Below, piece after piece: positions 1 to 10,950 of a DNA stretch of 58,704 nucleotides. Each line of letters opens with the position of its first letter. Positions within the stretch are counted from its first letter, which is position 1. The position numbers and the translations under genes are program-made. Source of the DNA: an uncultured Caulobacteraceae bacterium (GTDB taxonomy: Bacteria > Pseudomonadota > Alphaproteobacteria > Caulobacterales > Caulobacteraceae). The DNA lies in the NCBI GenBank assembly GCA_964243445.1, contig CAXTEX010000001.1, positions 1 to 58,704 of the forward strand. Direction: 5' to 3'. The notes beneath the pieces were generated by a model. It ran no database searches. It was not told the origin of the DNA and was given only the letters and a program-made list of their open reading frames with translations.

Positions 1-1235
<1,235 letters not shown>

Positions 1236-1248
1236 CGGACGGTGATCC

Positions 1249-2688
1249 TCAGCTGCGCTTGCGCAGGCGCTCGAACAGCATGGACGTGGCGCTGGCGGCC
1301 TTGGGCTTGGCGGCCGGGGTCTCCCGGCGCGACAGGCGCTGGGCGAACTGCATCACGCCTTCCGCCACCTTCGACTTGGCGTTCACGTCCTGGACCATCT
1401 GACCGTTGTTGGCGGCATGGCCGAACAGCTTGGGGTCGAAGGGCAGCACCAGGGCCGGCTCGTAGCCCAGCGCCTTGGTGAAGTCCTTCACCGGGATCTC
1501 CGGCCGCCCGGGCACGCCGACCTGGTTCAAGATCAGAAAGGGAGGGCTGTCGTTGGGGCGTGACTTGCTGACCAGATCGAGCAGGTTCTTGGCGTTGCGG
1601 AGCGACGCGAGGTCGGGCGTGGCGACCACGACGACGTCGTCGGCGGACAGCAGGGTGCGGCGCATCCAGCCGGACCAGAGGTGGGGCAGGTCGAGCACCA
1701 CATAGGGCGCGGTCGCACGGATCTTGCCCAGCACCTCCTCGTAGGTGTCGGCGTCGTGTTCGTGATCCTCGTCCAGGGAGACGGGCGCGGCGAACAGGCT
1801 CAACCGCTCGCTACAGCGTGCCGTCATGCGGTCGAGCAGCACCGGGTCCAGCCGGTCCGGCTTGGACAGGGCGTCGGCGAAGCCCTGCAGCGGGTCCTGG
1901 TTGAAGTCGAGCCCCGCGGTGCCGAACGGCAGGTCGTAGTCCACGATGGTGGTGGAAGCCTGCATGTGCTCGGCGAGGGCATGGGCGACGTTGTGCGCCA
2001 GGGTGGAGGAGCCCACGCCGCCCTTGGCGCCCACGAAAGCCATGGTGCGCCCGACGAAGGGCGTCGCCGGGTCCGAATACAGCGTCGTCACCGCGCGGAT
2101 CATCTGCAGCACGCTGAGCGGCGGCACGAGATATTCGCTCACGCCCCGGCGCATCAATTCACGATAAAGCGGGATGTCGTTGTGGGTGCCGATCACCACG
2201 ACCTTGGTGCCCGGATCGCAGACTTCGGCCAGGGCGTCGAGCTGGTTCAGCAGCACGGCCGCATCGTCGGCGCTCTCGGCGATGACGAGCGAGGGCGTGG
2301 GCTGGTTCTGGTAGAGCGCCAACGCCTCAGTCAGGCCGCCGTCACGCACCAGGGTGGTGGCGCGGGTCAACCGCCGGTCGGCGCTGACCTGCTGGGCTAT
2401 GGCCGCGGTCTGGGGCCGCTGGCAGAAGATGTGGATGCTGATGCGCGGGACTGTCAGCTCACCTAGGGCGGCCTCGGTGCTCGCGAGCAGGGCGGCCACG
2501 GGGTTCTGCACGTTCTCCGGCGCCGTCGTGGCGTCCGTCACGGGCTGGGGACCCGGGAAGGTCGCGGGAAAGTCGTCCTCGTCCCGGTCCAGCGGAGCGG
2601 AACTGGCGCCGACGACGCCGAACTCGTCGTCCGCGTCGAAACCGCCGGACACGTCGTCCAAATCGAGGGGAGCGGCCTGGGCCATCAC
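1249..2688 (-). CDS. cpaE: Pilus assembly/localisation protein CpaE/TadZ (receiver-like domain plus MinD/ParA-like ATPase)
   Basis: Deviant Walker A GAKGGVGSST, VDYDLPFG, DLASLRNAKNL, AANNGQM; position in the cpa operon. Confidence 0.93.
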   Translation of the reverse strand: MMAQAAPLDLDDVSGGFDADDEFGVVGASSAPLDRDEDDFPATFPGPQPVTDATTAPENVQNPVAALLASTEAALGELTVPRISIHIFCQRPQTAAIAQQVSADRRLTRATTLVRDGGLTEALALYQNQPTPSLVIAESADDAAVLLNQLDALAEVCDPGTKVVVIGTHNDIPLYRELMRRGVSEYLVPPLSVLQMIRAVTTLYSDPATPFVGRTMAFVGAKGGVGSSTLAHNVAHALAEHMQASTTIVDYDLPFGTAGLDFNQDPLQGFADALSKPDRLDPVLLDRMTARCSERLSLFAAPVSLDEDHEHDADTYEEVLGKIRATAPYVVLDLPHLWSGWMRRTLLSADDVVVVATPDLASLRNAKNLLDLVSKSRPNDSPPFLILNQVGVPGRPEIPVKDFTKALGYEPALVLPFDPKLFGHAANNGQMVQDVNAKSKVAEGVMQFAQRLSRRETPAAKPKAASATSMLFERLRKRS

Positions 2689-2722
2689 ACGTCTCTCCGG
2701 CGTACAGGGGTGGGGAGCATCG

Positions 2723-3418
2723 TCAATTTCCCGAAACCTTGCCGTCGGCCTGGTCGTCCTTGGCCGAGGAGGTCTGCACGCCCAGTCGATACTTGCCGAG
2801 CACGACCTGACGGCGCGGATTGTCGGCGGGCGTCTCGACGGCGGGGGCTAGGAAGTCGCGGGCGTTGGCGACCTGGGCGGCGGTGTTGGCGGTGACTGAG
2901 CAACCGAAGTGATCGAAAGCGCGGTTCTGGTAATCATGCGCCAGGTTCGACCAGCCGCTGCTGCAGTTGGGGCCCACCGCCTCGAAACGATCATAACTGG
3001 CGAGCAGCGGCGCGCCCGGGGCCCTGTTGGACGTATAGCCGGCCGTCTGGAGACGTTCGGCGGGTATGCCCAGCTGAACGAGATAAGTCTTGGTCTCCCG
3101 CTGCACGCGAGCCGCGGCGGCGGGATCAGCCGCGTCGATGGGTAGGCGCAGAGTAACCACGCCGCCGCCGTCCTCGCGCCACTGGCTGACGAACTGGCTA
3201 AGCGCCGCCTGTTGGTTGGTGGAAAGTCCGTCCCGATGCAGGCCGAGCGCGATCTGCTCAGGATGGCTGGTCACCTGCACGCCAAAGTGCTCGGTCGGTG
3301 TGAGCGCGACGGGGCCCGTAGGCTTGGAGGCGCAGCCCGCGACGACAGAGGTCGCCGTCAGCAACGCCACCGCCAAACCGGCCCGCATCCTTGAAGCTCT
3401 ACTGTACGACATAGCCAA
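2723..3418 (-). CDS. cpaD: Pilus biogenesis lipoprotein CpaD/RcpB
   Basis: Lipobox-like VVAGC, C-terminal FGCSVTANTAAQVANARDFLAP motif; between cpaC and cpaE; start may be ATG 3412. Confidence 0.88.
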   Translation of the reverse strand: MAMSYSRASRMRAGLAVALLTATSVVAGCASKPTGPVALTPTEHFGVQVTSHPEQIALGLHRDGLSTNQQAALSQFVSQWREDGGGVVTLRLPIDAADPAAAARVQRETKTYLVQLGIPAERLQTAGYTSNRAPGAPLLASYDRFEAVGPNCSSGWSNLAHDYQNRAFDHFGCSVTANTAAQVANARDFLAPAVETPADNPRRQVVLGKYRLGVQTSSAKDDQADGKVSGN

Positions 3419-4991
3419 AGGGTCCTTGATAGTTCTTGCCGGGCTTGGACGCTGGAGGCAGGCCGAACCCCTTGTTCAGCTGCCCCATAAGATAGGCGGA
3501 CGCGTCGTCGGCGATCTGCAGACCATCGGCCGGCGTCTGGATCAGGTCGGGTCTTGTCGCCTTGACGAGGTAGGGCGTGACGATCACCACCAGCTCGGTC
3601 TCGCCCTGCAGGTAGTCGCGAGACCTGAATAGCGCGCCGAGCACCGGCAGCTGGCCAAGTCCAGGCAAGCCGGAGATCGACTGCTTGTTGGTCGACTCAA
3701 GCAGACCCGCGATCATCATCGCACCGCCGGATGGCAGCTCGACCACCGTCTCGGCTCGCCTCACATTCAGGCCCGGCACGGAGAGGGTCAGGCCGGAACC
3801 CGTGTTGGACGCGCCGCTGGTGCTGGTCGACGTCGCGGTGCTGCTCGACGCGGTTCCGCTCGTCAGGGAGAAGCCGCCAATATTGGTCAACTCCGAATAC
3901 TCAGTAGACAGCTTCAGCGATATCCGTCCGCTCGACAGCACGACAGGGGTGAACCCGAGACCTACGCCGAACTGCTTGAACTCCACGGTGACGCGCCCAT
4001 TATTGTCTTCGGACACGGGCACGGGGAACTCGCCGCCGGCCAAGAATTTTGCGCTTTCGCCGGAGACGGCGGTCAGGTTCGGCTCGGCCAGGGTGCGGAC
4101 CAGATTGGTCTGCTCGAACGCTTGCAGCACGCCGTCGGAGCCGGAGCCGCTCTTGCCGTTCAAGGACGCATACGCCGCCGTCAGCCCGCCCAGGGCCGCG
4201 CCGTTCACGCCGTAGGTCGCCTGGGTGGCGATGGCCAGCTCACTGGCCCGGTTGTCGATCTGGGTAATCAGCGCCTGTAGGCTGACGCCGAGTTGCTTTA
4301 TGACCTGACGGTTGACCTCGACGATGCGGACCTTGAGCATCACCTGCTCGGGTCCGGCCACCGACAGCAGGTTCAGTACGTCATCGGGCTTGGCCGTAAA
4401 GCTTTGGGCGATGCGCAGCGCCCTATCGGCGTCGGACGCAGCGGGAACCTCGCCGCTGAGGATGAGCCGGTCGTTCACCGCCTCCACATGGATAGACGAT
4501 CCGGGCAGCACGCGGTTCAGCGTGTCGGCGACCACCGAGGTGTCGTTGGCGACACGAACGTCGAGCCGAAGGATCTGATGACCGAGCCCGTCCACGAAGG
4601 TGGCGTCCGTTTGCCCGGAGGCCTGGCCCAGCACGTAGATGCGTCGAGGGGTGGACAGCACCACGTCGGCGATCTTGGGGTCGGACACGAGCACGTCTCG
4701 GGCGTCGACCGGAAGCTCGATCACCGCGGACTTGCCGCGCGGAAGCGAGATGGTCCGGGTGGCGCCGCCCTGCCCGGCGAGATCGACGCGCACCATGCGG
4801 CCGGCTCCAGCCTGCGGCGCGCCGTCCAGCGCCGACCAAGCGTGCGCGCCCGCCGCATGGGCCCGACCGGCCCCGGCGAGCAAGACCGTCGACACGAGGG
4901 CCAGCCCGGTCATGTGCGCCAGCGCCGTGCGAAGGGCTGTCGGATCGAAACGCTGGGGCTTCACGTCTGAACGTCTGGCGAGAGCGGTCAT
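3399..4991 (-). CDS. cpaC: Outer-membrane secretin CpaC/RcpA
   Basis: QVMLKVRIVEV, LAEPNLTAVSGESAKFLAGGEFPVP, LPVLGALFRS, ETELVVIVTPYLV secretin motifs; BON-like N-domain. Confidence 0.95.
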   Translation of the reverse strand: MTALARRSDVKPQRFDPTALRTALAHMTGLALVSTVLLAGAGRAHAAGAHAWSALDGAPQAGAGRMVRVDLAGQGGATRTISLPRGKSAVIELPVDARDVLVSDPKIADVVLSTPRRIYVLGQASGQTDATFVDGLGHQILRLDVRVANDTSVVADTLNRVLPGSSIHVEAVNDRLILSGEVPAASDADRALRIAQSFTAKPDDVLNLLSVAGPEQVMLKVRIVEVNRQVIKQLGVSLQALITQIDNRASELAIATQATYGVNGAALGGLTAAYASLNGKSGSGSDGVLQAFEQTNLVRTLAEPNLTAVSGESAKFLAGGEFPVPVSEDNNGRVTVEFKQFGVGLGFTPVVLSSGRISLKLSTEYSELTNIGGFSLTSGTASSSTATSTSTSGASNTGSGLTLSVPGLNVRRAETVVELPSGGAMMIAGLLESTNKQSISGLPGLGQLPVLGALFRSRDYLQGETELVVIVTPYLVKATRPDLIQTPADGLQIADDASAYLMGQLNKGFGLPPASKPGKNYQGPFGYVVQ

Positions 4992-5890
4992 CGGGTCACC
5001 GTCACCGGCGTGGGGGTGGAGTTTCGGAACACGCGCACTGTTTCGCCCGAGGCCGCCTCGCGGCCGAAGGAGCCGATCTGAGCGCCGCCGGCGGCGTCGG
5101 CGTAGGAGCGCAGCGCCAGGGTCAGGGTGCCGGACGCCTTGGCCATGATGAGGTATTCCGCCTGCTCCGGCGTCGCCTCCACCGTGGCCGTCGCGCCGAT
5201 GGCGGAGGCAGTCTTCAACGCACTGAGGTTCTGGTCGATGGCGAGCACGCGCACGTTGCGCAGCACCGTGCTGGTCATGAAGCCGTGGCCGGTGGCGACC
5301 GCGCCGCCGCCCGTCGCGTCGAGCTGGCGGGTCAGCAGCACGTCCACATGGTCGCCGGGCAGGATGAAGCCGCCTGCAGCGCTCTCAGCGGTCAGCGGCA
5401 GGGCGACGGCGCGCTTGCCCTCGTCGAGGGTCACCGCCAGCACGCCCGATCCTCCCGACCGCACCACCTTGGTGGCGATGATCGGCTCGTTCATGCTGAT
5501 CCGCTCGCGCACGATAGCGCCGACCAGGCTGGAGCCAGCGCCTTCGGCAGGGTTGGAGATGGCCGTCTTGGCCGTGTCGACGAGCTGGCCGGCGACGCGG
5601 CCAAGCTGGCCCTGGGGCAAGGTCGTCGCAGCGCCGCCGTCAGTGATGAAACTGGGGTTCAGGCCTTCCTTGGGCCAGGCCAGCCATCCCATGTCGGCCG
5701 GCTGGATGCGGTCGCCTACATTCAGATCGCGGCGGGCGACGAGAACCTTGAGGCTTGGGGCTGGCGGAGGCGGAGGGGCGACGACCGGGGCCGGACTCTT
5801 GGCGCCGGCCAAGCCATGCGCCAGCACGCCGACGCAGCAAATCCCGGCCAGGGAGGCGACGCCGAGGATGGCCATGCGGGCCGTGTTCAT
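4988..5890 (-). CDS. cpaB: Flp pilus assembly protein CpaB/RcpC
   Basis: SAF domain (VLVARRDLNVGDRI), AGGFILPGDHVDV, VLRNVRVLAIDQ, LTLALRS; ATG at 5890 chosen. Confidence 0.93.
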   Translation of the reverse strand: MNTARMAILGVASLAGICCVGVLAHGLAGAKSPAPVVAPPPPPAPSLKVLVARRDLNVGDRIQPADMGWLAWPKEGLNPSFITDGGAATTLPQGQLGRVAGQLVDTAKTAISNPAEGAGSSLVGAIVRERISMNEPIIATKVVRSGGSGVLAVTLDEGKRAVALPLTAESAAGGFILPGDHVDVLLTRQLDATGGGAVATGHGFMTSTVLRNVRVLAIDQNLSALKTASAIGATATVEATPEQAEYLIMAKASGTLTLALRSYADAAGGAQIGSFGREAASGETVRVFRNSTPTPVTVTR

Positions 5891-5981
5891 GCCTGGTCTT
5901 TCCCACAAGGAGCACCGCCGGGGCGGCGCGCCGATCTCGGTGGCGGAAGGTGCGTCTCGATCTCGACCATGACGAAGCCTG

Positions 5982-5997
5982 GTTAACGGCCGACTAA
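5982..5997 (-). promoter_or_regulatory. CtrA-like binding site upstream of cpaB
   Basis: Plus strand GTTAA-cggccga-CTAA (minus TTAG-N7-TTAAC), one mismatch to TTAA-N7-TTAA; cpa genes are CtrA targets in Caulobacter. Confidence 0.65.
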
Positions 5998-6020
5998 GCG
6001 GACGCGCGACGCTTCAGCGC

Positions 6021-6530
6021 TCATCGATGGACGAGCCGGGCGAGGGGCGAGAGCGGGAAAACCGCCAGGGCGCCTACGGCGATCGCTACGCCATATGGAA
6101 CGTCGGAGCCCCGCTGCAGCAGCCGGCTGACCCATCCGGGTCCCGCCTGGGTGATCGATCCGGGCATGCGCCGGCCTATGAGCAGGCCGACCGCCAGGGC
6201 GCCCCCGGCTACGGCGGTCCACAACAGGAAGGGCATGACTGTGACCGGCCCCAGCCAGAGCGTGCAGGCGGCGGCGAGCTTGGCGTCGCCGCCTCCGATC
6301 ACCCGGAAGGCGAACAGCACGACCCCCGCGGCCAAGGCCGCCGCGCCCACAGCGACGTAGAGCCCAACAGCCGGGAGCGGCAGGCCTGCGGCCAGGGCTG
6401 CGGGCATGAACGCCAACGCCAGGGCCGCACTCAGCCGATTGGGGATGATGTAGCGGGTAGCGTCGGTGATCGCCGCAGCGATCACCGCCAGCGGGAAGAT
6501 CAGCAGCAGCGCATGAGCGAGCAGGGACAT
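6021..6530 (-). CDS. cpaA: Prepilin peptidase CpaA/TadV (A24 family)
   Basis: TDATRYIIPN, GGGDAKL aspartyl motif, VPYGVAIAVG C-terminus; ATG 6530. Confidence 0.93.
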   Translation of the reverse strand: MSLLAHALLLIFPLAVIAAAITDATRYIIPNRLSAALALAFMPAALAAGLPLPAVGLYVAVGAAALAAGVVLFAFRVIGGGDAKLAAACTLWLGPVTVMPFLLWTAVAGGALAVGLLIGRRMPGSITQAGPGWVSRLLQRGSDVPYGVAIAVGALAVFPLSPLARLVHR

Positions 6531-6597
6531 GTCGGGCTCCGGGTCGTCTGGAGCCTGACGTAAGCGGGTGAACGAAGCGTTGAGCGCCGCGCCGCCG

Positions 6598-6774
6598 TTA
6601 GCTGCCGGTGGAGCCCACCGTCGTGGCGACGGTGTTGAACGTGTTGTTGACCGCATGGAAGGCAGCACCCATGCCGACGATGACGACCAGACCGATCAGG
6701 GCTGCGATCAAGCCGTATTCGATGGCCGTGGCGCCGCGCTCATCACGCGCGACATGCCGTATGATCTCACGCAT
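6598..6774 (-). CDS. Second Flp family type IVc pilin (58 aa)
   Basis: Not in the ORF track: MREIIRHVARDERG/ATAIEYGLIAALIGLVVIVGMGAAFHAVNNTFNTVATTVGSTGS; Flp motif G/ATAIEY; GGAGG RBS upstream. Confidence 0.9.
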   Translation of the reverse strand: MREIIRHVARDERGATAIEYGLIAALIGLVVIVGMGAAFHAVNNTFNTVATTVGSTGS

Positions 6775-6790
6775 GTTGTCGCCTCCCGGA

Positions 6791-6830
6791 CAGAGAGAAG
6801 GGTCGCGACGTGGTTACGCCGCGACCCTCA
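6791..6830 (-). terminator. Stem-loop/intrinsic terminator between pilA and the second pilin
   Basis: AGGGTCGCG (6799-6807) / CGCGACCCT (6820-6828) inverted repeat followed on the minus strand by TCTCTCT. Confidence 0.6.
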
Positions 6831-6855
6831 CTACACACTACAAGAGAGCGTCGAC

Positions 6856-7038
6856 TTAGGACGCGGTGCCGGCAGTGGAGATGTTGCTGCCGATGGAGTT
6901 GAACTTGGCGCTCAGCTGAGTGCCGAGGTAGGTGGCGCCGGCGATGATGACGACGGCAATGAGGGCTGCGATCAGGCCGTACTCGATGGCCGTGGCGCCC
7001 GACTCGTCCTTCAGGAACTGGTTGGCGAAATTCGACAT
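6856..7038 (-). CDS. pilA: Major Flp pilin PilA
   Basis: MSNFANQFLKDESG/ATAIEYGLIAALIAVVII; AGGAGA RBS. Confidence 0.95.
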   Translation of the reverse strand: MSNFANQFLKDESGATAIEYGLIAALIAVVIIAGATYLGTQLSAKFNSIGSNISTAGTAS

Positions 7039-7128
7039 AGTTGGTCTCCTATTGTTTTAAGCGGAAGCGGGTCCCGAGCACTTCCGCCCGCTTGACCCCG
7101 AACACAGGGTCACAATGCCCGCCGCTCC

Positions 7129-7331
7129 TTAATGTGAGGTGAAAACAAGTCGTCAGTGCAATATTTTTCCGTTAACGGCCATTTACCATGTTTGATTAGG
7201 TCCACTGACACCATCAAACAAAAGATGGTTTACTTGAATTTATGCGTTCGACCTATAGTAAAGCCCGTGGGTACGCGGGCGGGCCGTCATGGCCGGCGCA
7301 TGCGCGGCCTTGAAGATTTATTGACGCTTTA
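7129..7331. promoter_or_regulatory. AT-rich divergent pilA/cpaI promoter region with several CtrA-like boxes
   Basis: TTAA-N7-TGAA (7129-7143), TTAA-N7-TTAC (7172-7186), TTTA-N7-TTTA (7317-7331); multiple CtrA sites at pilA are known in Caulobacter. Confidence 0.65.
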
Positions 7332-7368
7332 GGGCGATCGTGACGACCGGTCTTTCCGCAGGTTCCCC

Positions 7369-7815
7369 ATGCGCTTGCTGTATCCCATTCTTCCCGTAGC
7401 CCTGGCGCTCATCGTCGGCGGGACCGCCCGCGCCGGAGAGATCGCGGTCATGCTGAACCATTCCCAGCGGCTCAGTCTCAGCGGAACGGCGGCCAATGTC
7501 GTTGTCGGGTCAGCGAGCATCGCCGATGTAACGGTGGTGGACAGCCACACCCTCTACGTTCAGGGGCGAGGCTACGGCTCAACCGACATCGTCGTCACAG
7601 ATCACGAAGGCCGCACCATCTACTCCGGTGAAGTGACGGTGGGAGCCCCCGGGCGCAGCGTGGCCCTCTATCGCGGGATAGCGCGGGAGGACTACGCCTG
7701 CGCCCCCGCCTGCAGCGAGGATCATCCGCCCGCTCCCGTCACCCCTGTCGCCAGCCTGTTCAACACCCTGCCCGGCGGCGCACCAGCCAGCCCGCTTCCA
7801 AGCGCGCCGCACTGA
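7369..7815 (+). CDS. cpaI: Pilus formation N-terminal domain protein (CpaI-like)
   Basis: Signal peptide, VVVGSASIADVTVVDSHTLYVQGRGYGSTDIVV, C-terminal YACAPAC; divergent from pilA. Confidence 0.8.
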   Translation: MRLLYPILPVALALIVGGTARAGEIAVMLNHSQRLSLSGTAANVVVGSASIADVTVVDSHTLYVQGRGYGSTDIVVTDHEGRTIYSGEVTVGAPGRSVALYRGIAREDYACAPACSEDHPPAPVTPVASLFNTLPGGAPASPLPSAPH

Positions 7816-7831
7816 GCGCGCCGCAGCCGAC

Positions 7832-8440
7832 ATGAACCTGCCCCCTCGCCTTCTCGGCCGACTGCTAACGCGGGGTCTGCGCGACCGTCGCGGCGCGACG
7901 GCGGTGGAGTTCGCGATCGTCGGCGCACCGTTCGTGCTGATGATCTTCGCCATCATCGAACTGGCTCTCTACTTCATGGTCCAGGTCACCTTGGACAACG
8001 CCACGGCCCTCGCGGCGCGCCAACTGCGCACGGGACAGGTGGTGGCGGACGGCAACAGCGACTCGACAAGCCAAACCGCCTTCCTGCAGGCCATCTGCAG
8101 CAACATGTCATGGCTGCAAAGCCAATGTAACAGCGGAATAAATTCTCAGACTGGGATTGTTTATCTAGCCTTGGATGTTCGCCCTCTAAGCTCTTTTAGT
8201 GGCGCTTCCGGAAGTCCGCCGGCCGTCCAAAACGGCAAGCTCAATACCACAAATTTCTGCTACTACTCCGGTAGCGCCGGCAGCGCGGTCGAAATGCGCG
8301 CCTTCTACCGCTGGCAGCTGCTCACCCCTTTCCTCACCAGCCTGCAGACCTTTGCGGGCGGGGTTGCGGAACTGCAGTCCGCCGAAGTGTTCCAGGTCGA
8401 ACCGAACGGCCAGATCAATCCGGGCAGCACCCCGTGCTGA
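7832..8440 (+). CDS. cpaJ: TadE-like pseudopilin (CpaJ-like)
   Basis: DRRG/ATAVEFAIVGAPF prepilin motif, AARQLRTGQ, VFQVEP. Confidence 0.85.
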   Translation: MNLPPRLLGRLLTRGLRDRRGATAVEFAIVGAPFVLMIFAIIELALYFMVQVTLDNATALAARQLRTGQVVADGNSDSTSQTAFLQAICSNMSWLQSQCNSGINSQTGIVYLALDVRPLSSFSGASGSPPAVQNGKLNTTNFCYYSGSAGSAVEMRAFYRWQLLTPFLTSLQTFAGGVAELQSAEVFQVEPNGQINPGSTPC

Positions 8441-8472
8441 GGCTGTCGAGTTCCTTCGGGACAAGGCGGGCG

Positions 8473-9084
8473 ATGTCGCGCCTCGTCCGTCACGCGGGTG
8501 AAGACGACCAGGGCGTGGCGGCAGTGGAGTTCGCCCTGATCGCGCCGCTGCTGATCCTTCTCTACTTCGGCCTGTCGGAGGTGACCTCCGCTGTGATCGC
8601 CAACCGCCACGCCAACCACGCCACCTCATCGCTGGGCGACCTTGTCTCCCAGTGCGCCAACATCAACGACACCGATCTCAGCAACATGTGGGCGGCGACG
8701 CCCGACATCATCGCGCCGCTACCGGTCTCGCCCACCATCTTCAGCCAGCGCATCACCAGCGTCATCGTCAACAGCTCCGGCGCGACACAGGTCGCCTGGA
8801 GCCGCTCTCCTCCCATCCCGACGAGCCAGGCCAACCTTCCGCCCTACGCCCAGCAGGCGCCGATGACCCTGCCGCCCAATCTGGTCAACACCAGCACCCC
8901 GGGCGACAGCGTCATCATGGCCGAGACGACCTACAGCTTCTCGTTCCCGGTCAATATCCTCAGCAGCCTGCTGACCTTCAACGACGTCTCCTACTTCAAG
9001 CCGCGCAAAAGCACGCAGGTGACCTATACGGGCGCGGCAGCCAACGGCGGGTCGGGTACGAACACGAGCTGCTATTCGAGCTGA
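8473..9084 (+). CDS. cpaK: TadE/TadF-like pseudopilin (CpaK-like)
   Basis: DDQG/VAAVEFALIAPLLILLYFG motif, YFKPR near the C-terminus; alternative GTG start at 8434. Confidence 0.85.
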   Translation: MSRLVRHAGEDDQGVAAVEFALIAPLLILLYFGLSEVTSAVIANRHANHATSSLGDLVSQCANINDTDLSNMWAATPDIIAPLPVSPTIFSQRITSVIVNSSGATQVAWSRSPPIPTSQANLPPYAQQAPMTLPPNLVNTSTPGDSVIMAETTYSFSFPVNILSSLLTFNDVSYFKPRKSTQVTYTGAAANGGSGTNTSCYSS

Positions 9085-9095
9085 GGCTCGGGCGG

Positions 9096-9995
9096 TCAGG
9101 GCCCCTCCACCTGCAAGCCATCGCGTCGCAACAGCGCCGGCACGCCGTCCGGCCCGACCAGATGGCCGGCGCCCACCACCACGAACACCCGCCCCGAGCC
9201 GTTCCGCACGATCTGCTCGATGCGGGCTTCGAAGCGGCGGTTACGGTCCATCAGCACCCGGCGATAAAGCCCCTCGTCTTCCTTGCGCATCGGATCGATC
9301 ACCTCGGCGGCCAGCGCCTTGACGTCGCCGCGCCGCCAAGCCTCGGCGGCTCGGTTGAAGACGCCGGGATCGGTATCGATCTCGTCCAGAGTCTCCTTCA
9401 GGGAGGCGACCTGCTCGCCCACAGGCTCGTCGGCGAACAGGTCGACCTGATCGGCGAGCGTCTCGAACGCCTCGCGCCGAGCGGTCGGCGGGGCCGAGGC
9501 GTCGATCTGGCTCTCCACGCCCAACGCCTCGCTGTAGCCCTGGCGCTGGTAGAAGACGATGGTCAGCTCCAGCTCGGCCAGCCAGGGCTTCAGCCGCTCC
9601 AGCACCGCGGGATCGAGCCCTTCGCGCCGGGCCTGGGCCTGCACCCGCGCGCCCAGCGCTGGCGGCAGCAGGGCGGAAAGCGTCTGACCGGCCGGCAGCA
9701 ATCCTTTCGACTGCATCATCTTGGCCGCGTCGGCTTCCGCGGTCGCGCCCAGCGGGATTTCGAACCAGACCGCGTCGACCTTGGCGAGTTCCGCCGCCAG
9801 CGCAGGCGTCTTCCAACGGGTCGCATCCGAGAGCAGGTGGATGGAGCCGAACAGATCGACTTGCACGTGGGGGCCTGAGACGCGCCAGAGCGGCGGGTCC
9901 GCCCGTGCGACGGTCCGTGAGCCCATAGCGACGGCTAGCGTCGCCGCGCAGGTCGCAATCCGGGTGAACGGAGAAAGAAGGGCGAATCGTCTCAT
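9096..9995 (-). CDS. TraB/GumN (Tiki) family protein
   Basis: Signal peptide, [50 protein letters not shown]. Confidence 0.88.
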   Translation of the reverse strand: MRRFALLSPFTRIATCAATLAVAMGSRTVARADPPLWRVSGPHVQVDLFGSIHLLSDATRWKTPALAAELAKVDAVWFEIPLGATAEADAAKMMQSKGLLPAGQTLSALLPPALGARVQAQARREGLDPAVLERLKPWLAELELTIVFYQRQGYSEALGVESQIDASAPPTARREAFETLADQVDLFADEPVGEQVASLKETLDEIDTDPGVFNRAAEAWRRGDVKALAAEVIDPMRKEDEGLYRRVLMDRNRRFEARIEQIVRNGSGRVFVVVGAGHLVGPDGVPALLRRDGLQVEGP

Positions 9996-10074
9996 GCAGC
10001 TCAGTGTAAGCCGAAGGCGGCCAAGCCGCCGCCCATGGCGCGGCGCGGTTCTCGGTCTTATAGCGGAGCCGCCC

Positions 10075-10728
10075 ATGAAGCTGTTCATAGACACCGTCGA
10101 TCTCGAGGCCCTGAAACGCCTGACCGATAGCGGCCTGGTGGACGGGGTCACCACCAATCCGTCGCTGGTGGCCAAACAGGGCGGGGTTTTCCTCGACAGC
10201 ATCGCGGCCATCTGCGCCCTGGTGGACGGCCCCGTCTCGGCCGAAGTCGCATCCTCGACCTTCGCCGGCATGGTCGCGGAGGGCGAGCGCCTGGCCGCGG
10301 TCGCTTCCAACGTCGTGGTCAAGCTGCCGCTCACCTGGGACGGACTGAAGGCCACACGGCGCTTCGCCGCTCAGGGCGTGCGGACCAACGTCACCTTGTG
10401 TTTTACGGCGGTGCAGGCGCTGATGGCCGCCAAGGCCGGCGCGGCCTACGTCTCCCCCTTCATAGGCCGGCTGGACGACCACGGCGCAGACGGCGTCGAA
10501 CTGATCGGCGACATCCGCGCCATCTATGACCAGTACGGCTTCTCCACCGAGATCCTGGCCGCCTCCATCCGGCACCCCGCCCATGTGCGCGAGGCGGCCC
10601 TGGCGGGAGCGGACTGCGTCACCCTGCCCCCCAACGTCTTCCAAGACCTGCTGGCCCATCCGCTCACCGAGCGTGGCCTGAACCAGTTCCTCGACGACTG
10701 GGCGGCCAGCGGCCAGACTATCCTCTGA
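10075..10728 (+). CDS. tal: Transaldolase (short FSA/TalC-type family)
   Basis: [30 protein letters not shown] (Schiff-base Lys), [24 protein letters not shown]. Confidence 0.93.
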   Translation: MKLFIDTVDLEALKRLTDSGLVDGVTTNPSLVAKQGGVFLDSIAAICALVDGPVSAEVASSTFAGMVAEGERLAAVASNVVVKLPLTWDGLKATRRFAAQGVRTNVTLCFTAVQALMAAKAGAAYVSPFIGRLDDHGADGVELIGDIRAIYDQYGFSTEILAASIRHPAHVREAALAGADCVTLPPNVFQDLLAHPLTERGLNQFLDDWAASGQTIL

Positions 10729-10802
10729 CGGCAACCCGCCGGTCAGGCGCCAAGGCTTGCGAGCCGCGCGATCGAGGGGTTATAAGCCCGCCTTCCTGGA
10801 GC

Positions 10803-10877
10803 GGACGCGTAGCTCAGCGGGAGAGCACTTCCTTGACATGGAAGGGGTCACAGGTTCGATCCCTGTCGCGTCCACCA
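10803..10877 (+). tRNA. tRNA-Val (GAC)
   Basis: Acceptor stem GGACGCG/CGCGTCC, anticodon arm CTTCC-TTGACAT-GGAAG, GGTTCGAT T-loop, encoded CCA; upstream TTGCGA...TATAAG promoter-like motif. Confidence 0.97.
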
Positions 10878-10950
10878 GCTTTCCCGCGGGCGGGAGGCGT
10901 CCGGCGACGCAGAGACCACCGCCTTTCCGTTTGTGCAGACGGGTCTGCGC

